Source: Maribacter sp. (GTDB taxonomy: Bacteria; Bacteroidota; Bacteroidia; Flavobacteriales; Flavobacteriaceae). Taken from it: DNA of 64,000 bases. How positions within the stretch are numbered: position 1 is the first letter of the stretch; each line of letters begins with the position of its first letter. A model generated the notes under the pieces. The model had not been told where the DNA came from, made no database searches, and saw only the letters and a program-made list of their open reading frames with translations. The translations under genes and the position numbers were made by a program. Of the stretch, positions 9,141-16,618 are shown in pieces. Where the stretch lies: the NCBI RefSeq assembly GCF_016744255.1, contig NZ_JADGES010000004.1, positions 10,142 through 74,141 on the forward strand. The letters are read 5' to 3'.

Positions 9141-9608
9141 TTAAAAAGGTAAATCGTCTTCTTGCTGTGGCTCATTAGTTTGAGCTGGTTGCTGAGCCAT
9201 TGGTTTAGCACTACTTGTCGCAGCCTGTTGCTGTTGCTGAGGCTGGCTTTGTGCATTTGCCATACTTTCTTTCTTTGTAGATAAAAAAGTAAAATCTTGC
9301 ACATGAACCTCCGTAGTATACCTAGTATTACCATCTTCTCCTTGCCATTGACGATTTTTTAAACGCCCCTCTACATATACTTTATCTCCTTTACTTAAGT
9401 ACTTTTCACAGATTTCTGCGGCTTTATTACGTACCACAACGTTATGCCAATCTGTATTAGTAACTCTTTCTCCTGTTTGTTTATTAGTATACGTTTCATT
9501 AGTTGCAATAGGGAAACGACCAATACTGTTACCGCCTTCGAAATAGTGCATTTTTACTTCATCACCTAAATGCCCAATTAGCATTACTTTATTTAATGTT
9601 CCGCTCAT
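9141..9608 (-). CDS. ssb: Single-stranded DNA-binding protein
   Basis: LNKVMLIGHLG OB fold with an acidic DDLPF tail. Confidence 0.98.
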   Translation of the reverse strand: MSGTLNKVMLIGHLGDEVKMHYFEGGNSIGRFPIATNETYTNKQTGERVTNTDWHNVVVRNKAAEICEKYLSKGDKVYVEGRLKNRQWQGEDGNTRYTTEVHVQDFTFLSTKKESMANAQSQPQQQQQAATSSAKPMAQQPAQTNEPQQEDDLPF

Positions 9609-9633
9609 AATTTTTATCTAATAATCAAAAGTA

Positions 9634-10680
9634 CTAAAATTTAAATGTTTTAATAAAGTCTGCGATTAAAACTGGTACTGCATATTTTTCTAGATCACTT
9701 ACTTTAACCCCTTTTTCTAACTTGCTTTGAGTTTCTATAATCCAAAATTTGGTATATAAATGCTGGTGAGAAAGTTTATGCACTACCGTATCTTTATATA
9801 TACGTATTCTAAAGTCCGAATTTATATTCAAGAGATTTGGTATATCCTTTTCAATTTCACTTTCCACAACCTCTTTTTCTGTTTCTATAAGTGGAAACTC
9901 CCATAATTCTTGCCAAATTCCTTTTCCTATTCTTTGGTTTAGCACCGTATATCTTTCTTTTGTTTCTCCATCATTAATAGGCACTACATAATTAAAGTAG
10001 CGCTTCTTAACCTTAGTCTTATTTATTTTAACCGGTAAAAAAGGCACCCTATTGTCTTTTAAAGCTATACAACTATCTCGCAAAGGACAATCCATACACT
10101 TTGGTTTTTTAGGTGCACATTGTATAGCCCCAAATTCCATTATCCCTTGATTATAGTCTCTTATATCTTCTCTATCTATAAGTTGTTTTGCTAAATTCTT
10201 AAAGTACGCAACACCTTTAGTACTATTAATAGGGATATCTATGCCAAAATAACGAGAAAGCACCCTATAGACATTCCCATCTACTACAGCTTCTGGAGCA
10301 TCAAAACAAATAGAAGCAATAGCACTTGCCGTATAGTCTCCAACACCTTTTAATTTTATCAACTCTTTATAGGTCTCTGGAAACTTGCCTTCATAATCTA
10401 AAACAACAGTTTTTGCAGCTTCATGTAGATTTCTTGCACGAGAATAATACCCTAATCCTTGCCAAAGCTTTAAAACTTTCTCTTGGGGGGCACTCGCCAA
10501 ATCAAAAACTGTAGGAAAAGTGCTAACAAACTTAAGGTAATATGGTGTTCCTTGTGCAACTTTTGTCTGCTGTAACATAATCTCTGACAACCAAATTTTA
10601 TAGGGATCTCGGCTTCCTCTCCATGGAAGAGTCCTTTTGTTTTGGGCATACCAAAGAAGAATTTTGTGGGAAAAGAGCAT
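9634..10680 (-). CDS. mutY: A/G-specific adenine glycosylase
   Basis: WLSEIMLQQT, WQGLGYYSRARNL, HhH LKGVGDYTA and the Fe-S motif CAPKKPKCMDCPLRDSC. Confidence 0.98.
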   Translation of the reverse strand: MLFSHKILLWYAQNKRTLPWRGSRDPYKIWLSEIMLQQTKVAQGTPYYLKFVSTFPTVFDLASAPQEKVLKLWQGLGYYSRARNLHEAAKTVVLDYEGKFPETYKELIKLKGVGDYTASAIASICFDAPEAVVDGNVYRVLSRYFGIDIPINSTKGVAYFKNLAKQLIDREDIRDYNQGIMEFGAIQCAPKKPKCMDCPLRDSCIALKDNRVPFLPVKINKTKVKKRYFNYVVPINDGETKERYTVLNQRIGKGIWQELWEFPLIETEKEVVESEIEKDIPNLLNINSDFRIRIYKDTVVHKLSHQHLYTKFWIIETQSKLEKGVKVSDLEKYAVPVLIADFIKTFKF

Positions 10681-10761
10681 GATAATGAATAGTAAACTAT
10701 AAAAGTACTAGTTTAAATACTTAAAATTAGTTCTTTAAGGTAAAATATTCAATTTAATGTA

Positions 10762-10769
10762 TATATTTG
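10762..10769 (+). promoter_or_regulatory. -7 element (TATATTTG) of the HU-bS22 transcript
   Basis: Exact TAnnTTTG match 37 nt upstream of HU. Confidence 0.7.
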
Positions 10770-10806
10770 CATCCCGAAAAAACATACAGAAAATCTAAAA
10801 TTCAAG

Positions 10807-11097
10807 ATGACGAAAGCGGAAATTGTATCGAAAATCTCAGATAAACTGGGAATTGAAAAAGGAGATGTACAGGCAACGGTAGAATCTTTCATGGAAGAAG
10901 TAAAGACTTCTTTAGAAAGTGGAGATAATGTTTACTTAAGAGGTTTTGGAAGTTTTATTATTAAAACAAGAGCCGAAAAAACTGGTAGAAATATATCTAA
11001 GAATACGACAATAAAAATACCAGCTCATAATATCCCAGCCTTTAAACCTGCAAAGGTTTTTGTTGAAGGTGTTAAGAGCAACGTACAAGTTAAATAA
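10807..11097 (+). CDS. hup: HU family DNA-binding protein
   Basis: MTKAEIV...VYLRGFGSF...GRNISK...PAFKPAK. Confidence 0.95.
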   Translation: MTKAEIVSKISDKLGIEKGDVQATVESFMEEVKTSLESGDNVYLRGFGSFIIKTRAEKTGRNISKNTTIKIPAHNIPAFKPAKVFVEGVKSNVQVK

Positions 11098-11122
11098 AAA
11101 AATAATCTTTAAATAAAATTTT

Positions 11123-11212
11123 ATGCCGAGCGGTAAGAAAAGAAAAAGACATAAGGTAGCTACCCACAAACGCAAGAAGCGTAGAAGAGCTAACAGACAC
11201 AAGAAAAAGTAG
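11123..11212 (+). CDS. Small basic protein, probable 30S ribosomal protein bS22 (Bacteroidota type)
   Basis: Not in the ORF track. ATG 11123 to TAG 11212 reads MPSGKKRKRHKVATHKRKKRRRANRHKKK (29 aa), with an A-rich upstream context and a terminator at the stop. It matches my recollection of the bS22 modelled in the Flavobacterium ribosome. Confidence 0.85.
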   Translation: MPSGKKRKRHKVATHKRKKRRRANRHKKK

Positions 11213-11234
11213 TTTTAAACTACTTTTTCTTTTT
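11202..11234 (+). terminator. Intrinsic terminator overlapping the bS22 stop
   Basis: AGAAAAAGTAGTTT-T-AAACTACTTTTTCT followed by TTTT. Confidence 0.65.
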
Positions 11235-11352
11235 ATTTGCGTTCATTGGCATAGAAGTTAACAATAACTTCGGCAGGTTATTTATGACCTGTTTATGGCA
11301 TTATACAAACCATCTATCTGTTTTTAAAACAGACTGATATAAATAAATTCAG

Positions 11353-12900
11353 GTGAATAGAGAATTAATCGTAAGATCAAGCTCTGATTCCGTTGACTTT
11401 GCCTTATTAAAGGATGGAAAACTTACTGAATTACATAAAGAAGAAGAAAAGAACGATTTCTCTGTTGGCGATATATTTATTGCTAAAATAAGAAAACCCG
11501 TTACTGGCCTTAACGCTGCATTCGTAAATGTAGGCTATGAGAAAGATGCTTTTTTGCATTATCATGACCTTGGACCGCAGCTTTCTTCTATGTTAAAATT
11601 CACTAAACAAGTAAGCACAGGGAAACTTCAAGACTTTTCCCTAAAAAACTTTCCAACCGAAAAAGATATTGATAAACATGGCGTAATAACAGATGTTATA
11701 AAGGCCAATCAATCAATATTAGTGCAAATTGTAAAAGAACCCATATCCACTAAAGGACCAAGAATAAGCTCAGAATTATCAATTGCTGGGCGCTATCTAG
11801 TAATGGTTCCTTTCTCTGACCGTGTATCTGTTTCTCAGAAAATTGCGAGCTCAGAAGAAAAAGACAGACTTAAAAGGTTAGTACGCAGTATTAAACCTAA
11901 AGGATTTGGAGTTATCATTCGTACAGTTGCCGAAGGACAAAAAGTAGCAGAATTAGACAAAGATTTAGAAAACTTGCTGGGCAAATGGTCCACAATGTGT
12001 ACAAAATTACATAAAGCACCAACACCATCTAAAGTTTTAGTAGAGCTCAACCGAGCTTCTTCTATTCTTAGAGATGTATTTAATGATTCTTTTACAGGAG
12101 TATTTGTAGATGATGAAACGCTTTATAATCAAATTAAAGATTACGTTCAAGAGATTGCACCTGCTAAAGAATCTATTGTTAAACAACATATTTCTCCTGT
12201 TCCTATTTTTGAGAAATTCGGAATTGAAAGACAAATAAAAACGTCTTTTGGCCGAACTGCTTCAATGAGCAAAGGAGCCTATTTAATTATAGAACATACA
12301 GAAGCATTACATGTTGTAGATGTTAATAGCGGTAATCGCTCTAACAAGGCCAAAAATCAAGAAGATACAGCCTTAGAAGTAAATCTTTTAGCAGCATCCG
12401 AAATTGCAAGACAATTACGTTTGCGAGATATGGGTGGTATTATAGTGGTCGATTTTATTGATATGGTAAAAGCACCGCATCGAAAAAAACTTTTTGATCA
12501 TCTTAGAGATGAGATGAAAGACGACCGTGCTAAGCATAAAATTTTACCTCCTAGTAAATTTGGATTAATCCAAATTACAAGGCAAAGGGTACGACCAGAA
12601 ATGAATATTAAAACTACTGAGGAAGACCCTAACCGTTCTGGAAAGGAAGTCGAAGCTCCTATAGTTTTAATAGACAAAATTAATTTTGCATTAGAGAAAG
12701 TCCTAAAGGGACCTGCAAAAGGAAATAGCATAACGCTAAACATTCATCCTTTTATAGCAGCATACCTTACCAAAGGCTTTCCTTCCATACGTTCTAAGTG
12801 GTTTTTAGAACACAAAAGATGGATTAAAATACAACCTCGAGATGCATATACGTATTTAGAGTACCGTTTTAAAAATAAAGACGGAAAAACCATATATTAA
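11353..12900 (+). CDS. rng: Ribonuclease E/G family (Rne/Rng); GTG start
   Basis: S1 domain (GDIFIAKI...AAFVNVGYEKDAFLH), KEPISTKGPR, VVDVNSG and DMGGIIVVDFIDM motifs. Confidence 0.93.
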   Translation: MNRELIVRSSSDSVDFALLKDGKLTELHKEEEKNDFSVGDIFIAKIRKPVTGLNAAFVNVGYEKDAFLHYHDLGPQLSSMLKFTKQVSTGKLQDFSLKNFPTEKDIDKHGVITDVIKANQSILVQIVKEPISTKGPRISSELSIAGRYLVMVPFSDRVSVSQKIASSEEKDRLKRLVRSIKPKGFGVIIRTVAEGQKVAELDKDLENLLGKWSTMCTKLHKAPTPSKVLVELNRASSILRDVFNDSFTGVFVDDETLYNQIKDYVQEIAPAKESIVKQHISPVPIFEKFGIERQIKTSFGRTASMSKGAYLIIEHTEALHVVDVNSGNRSNKAKNQEDTALEVNLLAASEIARQLRLRDMGGIIVVDFIDMVKAPHRKKLFDHLRDEMKDDRAKHKILPPSKFGLIQITRQRVRPEMNIKTTEEDPNRSGKEVEAPIVLIDKINFALEKVLKGPAKGNSITLNIHPFIAAYLTKGFPSIRSKWFLEHKRWIKIQPRDAYTYLEYRFKNKDGKTIY

Positions 12901-12935
12901 AAAAAGCGACTTCATAAACGGAGTCGCTTTTTTTT
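12900..12935 (+). terminator. Intrinsic terminator after rng
   Basis: AAAAAAGCGACT-loop-AGTCGCTTTTTT. Confidence 0.8.
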
Positions 12936-12953
12936 GTTTTATACATTTGTGCC

Positions 12954-13424
12954 ATGGACAACAAAAAATTCTATTCTGTAACTGATGCTACCAAAAAATT
13001 GGAAAGTTACTGCGCCTACCAAGACCGTTGCCATAAAGAAGTAGAAACCAAATTACGGAATATGGGTATGATTCCAGAAGCCTCTAATCAAATCATAGGG
13101 CATCTTATTCAAGAAAATTATCTTAATGAAGAACGATTTTCAAAAAGCTTTGCCCGAGGTAAGTTTAGAATTAAAAAATGGGGGAAAAACCGCATTGTCA
13201 ACGAACTTAAACAACGCCAAATAACTAAATACAACATTACTATTGCTTTAAGAGAAATAGAGGAAGATGCATACTTAGAAACCTTAGATTTTTTAGCTAA
13301 AAAAAGACTAACACAAATTAACGAAACCAACATTCAGAAAAAGAAAAAAAAGCTCGCAGACTATTTGCTTTACCGTGGATGGGAAAGTCATTTAGTCTAC
13401 CAGAAATTACAAGAGCTTATTTAA
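12954..13424 (+). CDS. recX: Regulatory protein RecX
   Basis: YCAYQDRCHKEV, NEERFSKSFARGK, KWGKNRI and LLYRGW motifs. Confidence 0.92.
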   Translation: MDNKKFYSVTDATKKLESYCAYQDRCHKEVETKLRNMGMIPEASNQIIGHLIQENYLNEERFSKSFARGKFRIKKWGKNRIVNELKQRQITKYNITIALREIEEDAYLETLDFLAKKRLTQINETNIQKKKKKLADYLLYRGWESHLVYQKLQELI

Positions 13425-14507
13425 TTAAGCCTTAGCTTTTGCAGCTTCGTTTCTTTCAATTTTATAATCTGGTCTAGACCATTTTGGTTTTTCTCCTAAG
13501 GCTGCTATTTTTGAATCTTCTGCTTCTACCGTTTTCGGTTGTGAAGATTTAGTAAATGGTTTTTGTGGATTCAAGCCAAGAACTTCAAACATGGCCATAT
13601 CCTCATTTACATCCGGATTTGGTGTTGTTAGTAACTTATCCCCAGCGAAAATAGAATTAGCACCTGCAAAGAAACAAAGTGCCTGGCCTTCTCTACTCAT
13701 TTCTGTACGCCCAGCAGACAATCTTACTTGTGTTTCTGGCATAACAATTCTAGTAGCTGCTACCATACGTATCATTTCCCATATTTCTATTGGCGCAATA
13801 TCCTCCATTGGAGTACCTTCTACAGGAACTAATGCATTAATGGGAGTAGATTCTGGTTGCGGATCTAGAGAAGAAAGTGCTACTAACATTCCAGCCCTAT
13901 CTTCTAACTTTTCTCCCATACCAATAATACCACCACTACAAACAGTGATATTACTTTTTCTTACGTGGTCAATAGTTTCTAAGCGATCTTCAAAAGCACG
14001 CGTAGAAATTACATCTTTATAATAATCTTCAGAGGTATCTAAATTATGATTGTAAGCGTATAAGCCCGCTTCTGATAAACGTTTTGCCTGATTTTCTGTT
14101 ACCATACCTAAAGTACAACAAACTTCCATATCTAACTTATTAATGGTGCGTACCATTTCTAACACTTGATCAAACTCTGGTCCATCTTTAACATTACGCC
14201 AAGCAGCACCCATACAAACCCTAGAACTACCAGAAGATTTTGCTCTTAAAGCTTGCGCCTTAACATGAGAAACTGACATTAAATCATTACCCTCAATATC
14301 TGTATTATAACGAGCGGCTTGTGGACAGTACCCACAATCTTCAGAACAACCGCCCGTTTTTATAGATAATAAGGCAGAAACCTGAACCTCATTAGGGTCA
14401 TGATTTACACGATGTATAGTTGCCGCCTCATACAGCAACTCCATTAACGGTTTATTGTAAATCTCTAAAATTTCTTCTTTTGTCCAGTTATGTCTTATTT
14501 GATTCAA
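13425..14507 (-). CDS. bioB: Biotin synthase (radical SAM); TTG start
   Basis: IKTGGCSEDCGYCPQ (CxxxCxxC), YNHNLDTS, VCSGGIIGMGE, PINALV and RLSAGR motifs; the frame is intact. Confidence 0.97.
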   Translation of the reverse strand: MNQIRHNWTKEEILEIYNKPLMELLYEAATIHRVNHDPNEVQVSALLSIKTGGCSEDCGYCPQAARYNTDIEGNDLMSVSHVKAQALRAKSSGSSRVCMGAAWRNVKDGPEFDQVLEMVRTINKLDMEVCCTLGMVTENQAKRLSEAGLYAYNHNLDTSEDYYKDVISTRAFEDRLETIDHVRKSNITVCSGGIIGMGEKLEDRAGMLVALSSLDPQPESTPINALVPVEGTPMEDIAPIEIWEMIRMVAATRIVMPETQVRLSAGRTEMSREGQALCFFAGANSIFAGDKLLTTPNPDVNEDMAMFEVLGLNPQKPFTKSSQPKTVEAEDSKIAALGEKPKWSRPDYKIERNEAAKAKA

Positions 14508-14571
14508 ATTCTTCTAAAATTACAGATTTATGAATTGTGTTCTTCTCGTCTAAATGGGCTTCAAACTTCAT
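14488..14571 (-). other. 27-aa upstream ORF overlapping the bioB start out of frame
   Basis: ATG 14571 to TAA 14488 reads MKFEAHLDEKNTIHKSVILEEFESNKT; it begins 6 nt after a TAGTTTTG box. Confidence 0.3.
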
Positions 14572-14577
14572 TTTTTA

Positions 14578-14585
14578 CAAAACTA
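14578..14585 (-). promoter_or_regulatory. -7 element (TAGTTTTG) upstream of bioB
   Basis: Exact TAnnTTTG match on the minus strand, between the TBDR terminator and bioB. Confidence 0.55.
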
Positions 14586-14607
14586 TTTTAGTTAGAAAGT
14601 TTTTTAG

Positions 14608-14645
14608 AAACCAAAACTGCTCACTAACAAAGTAAAAGTGAGCAG
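14608..14645 (-). terminator. Probable terminator or attenuating hairpin between the TBDR and bioB
   Basis: Minus strand: CTGCTCACT-N11-AGTGAGCAG followed by TTTTGGTTT. Confidence 0.6.
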
Positions 14646-14673
14646 ATAAATTTAAAGTAGGAAAGTAAGATTG

Positions 14674-16506
14674 TTATTTAAAACTATAACGCAATCCAAA
14701 TAACACATTACTTGGTGGCATTGGTGTAAATCCAGACTCAATGTATTCGGCATCAAAAATATTACTTGCCGTTATGGATAATTCAACTTGTTTTAATTTC
14801 ATTACAATAGAAGCATCCCAAACATTGTACGTTTGTCCTGTGGTACGTTCAGCGTATTTGTAAACAATATTCTGACTCACGTTTTTGAATAGTTTGGTAC
14901 TCCATCGTGTTGTAAAATGATGTTTCAATGTGTTTAGAGAGTAACGCGATAATGCTTCGTTTTGGTCTAAAATATTATCATCTAAAAAAGCATAACCGAT
15001 TGCTAAAGTTTGGTTGAAGTTATTCAGCTTAAAATTATAAGCAGCATCAAATTCAAACCCTTTGGTGTTCACTTCTGTAATGTTGGTTGCTGTAAAAACA
15101 CCTTCGTCTATATTAGGTCTACTGTAATCTATTAGGTTATCGGCATCTCTATTAAAAACGGCTAAAGTTGCCGTGAATTTTGGTGTATTGTATTTAATTC
15201 CAATTTCTTGTGCAAAAGCTTCTTCTGGTTCTAAATCTGAATTCCCCTGAGTGCTTGGGTCACTGTAATACAAATCCGTGTAGGTAGGAATTCTATAGGT
15301 GTAACCAATATTTCCATAAGCTTTTAAGTTATCGCTGATATCAAAACCAACATCTAACCCAGGAAATGCATTAAATTTAAAATCTGAAAAATACGTCATA
15401 GCAACACCAGGTGTAATGTCTAATCGGTTATCAATTAACTGAAATCTGTGTTCTAAAAATAGCGTCGTCATAAAACGATTACGCTTGCCTAAATTATTAC
15501 TTCGTAAATACGTTTTAGACATATCGATTCCAAAACCAGTCTCACCCAATTCTGACTTATAAGACGCATTGGCTTCAGCTCCAATTTTATTCGAAATATG
15601 AAAGTTTCTATAAAACCCAGGATCAGAACGTCTTAAAAGAAACATATCTTGATTACGTTTCCAGTAGATTCTTGGTTGAATTTTAAACTTTTCTGATTGA
15701 AATTTAGTCGTAAATGCTAATAAACTGTTTTGAGTTTCTTCGTATTCATTAAACGTAACATTGGTAGTGTAGAAATTTTCAGCACCAAATTTTTTATCGA
15801 AAAAAGTCGCTATCATTTCAATAGGTTGTGCTTTTTTGTTGAAAACACTTTTTAAGAAATAATTTGAATTATCATAATCTGAATTATTACGGTAACCATC
15901 AGAAGTCATTTTCCCAGCATGAAAAATATGTATTGAATTCTCTAATTCTGACCCAACGGTTACAGAACCATTAAGCTGACCAAAAGAACCAGCTTGAAGA
16001 TTTGCAGTAACAGAATTATTTAAGTTAGATTTAGTGACAATATTAATGGCACCTGTAAAAGCGTTCTGCCCAAAAACTCTAGCCGCAGGTCCTTTTATAA
16101 TTTCTATGCGCGCAATAACCTCTAGCGGTAAAGAAGCATTCATGGAATGATGACCTGTTTGTGCATCGTCCATTTTAATACCATCAATTAATAAGAGTGT
16201 TTGGTCAAAACCCCCACCTCTAATAAACAAATCAGCCTGACTCCCGCCAGTGCCACGTCTTCTAATGTCTACACCAGCAACTTGCTGTAATAAATCTGCA
16301 ATGGTAACGGCTGAACTATTTTTAATATCCGTTGCTGTAATAATATTTATGGTTCTAGAATTTTCTTTGAAGGGTAAATCAATTCGAGTTGAAGTAACTA
16401 CAACTTCACTTAAAGTATCGATTTTTATTATAGGTTGTTCTTGTTGCGCATGTAACTGAAATGCGCTAATTAGTAAAAATGTAAAAAGTAAGACTGTATT
16501 TTTCAT
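14674..16506 (-). CDS. Small TonB-dependent receptor (BtuB-like size, no N-terminal extension)
   Basis: Signal peptide, TonB box region (DTLSEVVVT), plug motif (IRGGGFDQTLLLIDG; RIEIIKGPAARVFGQNAFTGAINIVT) and C-terminal aromatic barrel end (FGLRYSFK). Confidence 0.92.
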   Translation of the reverse strand: MKNTVLLFTFLLISAFQLHAQQEQPIIKIDTLSEVVVTSTRIDLPFKENSRTINIITATDIKNSSAVTIADLLQQVAGVDIRRRGTGGSQADLFIRGGGFDQTLLLIDGIKMDDAQTGHHSMNASLPLEVIARIEIIKGPAARVFGQNAFTGAINIVTKSNLNNSVTANLQAGSFGQLNGSVTVGSELENSIHIFHAGKMTSDGYRNNSDYDNSNYFLKSVFNKKAQPIEMIATFFDKKFGAENFYTTNVTFNEYEETQNSLLAFTTKFQSEKFKIQPRIYWKRNQDMFLLRRSDPGFYRNFHISNKIGAEANASYKSELGETGFGIDMSKTYLRSNNLGKRNRFMTTLFLEHRFQLIDNRLDITPGVAMTYFSDFKFNAFPGLDVGFDISDNLKAYGNIGYTYRIPTYTDLYYSDPSTQGNSDLEPEEAFAQEIGIKYNTPKFTATLAVFNRDADNLIDYSRPNIDEGVFTATNITEVNTKGFEFDAAYNFKLNNFNQTLAIGYAFLDDNILDQNEALSRYSLNTLKHHFTTRWSTKLFKNVSQNIVYKYAERTTGQTYNVWDASIVMKLKQVELSITASNIFDAEYIESGFTPMPPSNVLFGLRYSFK

Positions 16507-16571
16507 CTATTTTAGTTTTGCAATAGTTGTTATTGCATCATTTAATTTTATTCTGTAAAAGTCGTAACTTT

Positions 16572-16618
16572 CCGGACGATTAAACTAGTCCAGTTTTAAA
16601 ACAATGAATAGTCCGGTT
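16572..16618. promoter_or_regulatory. Three-box MocR-type operator
   Basis: CCGGAC (16572-16577) is inverted to GTCCAG (16588-16593); direct repeats TAGTCCAGTT (16586-16595) and TAGTCCGGTT (16609-16618) are 23 bp apart. Confidence 0.65.

Noticed and set aside
14482-14489. GTCCAGTT matching the MocR box inside the bioB 5' end
   Set aside because: It is dictated by the conserved N-W-T codons, is unpaired, and the same 8-mer occurs in unrelated coding regions (near 36633 and 55128).
14488-14571. Idea that the uORF and bioB are one gene split by a frameshift
   Set aside because: A 1-nt change would fuse them, but the BioB-like sequence begins right at the TTG and the extra 21 residues show no BioB similarity; kept only as a uORF observation.
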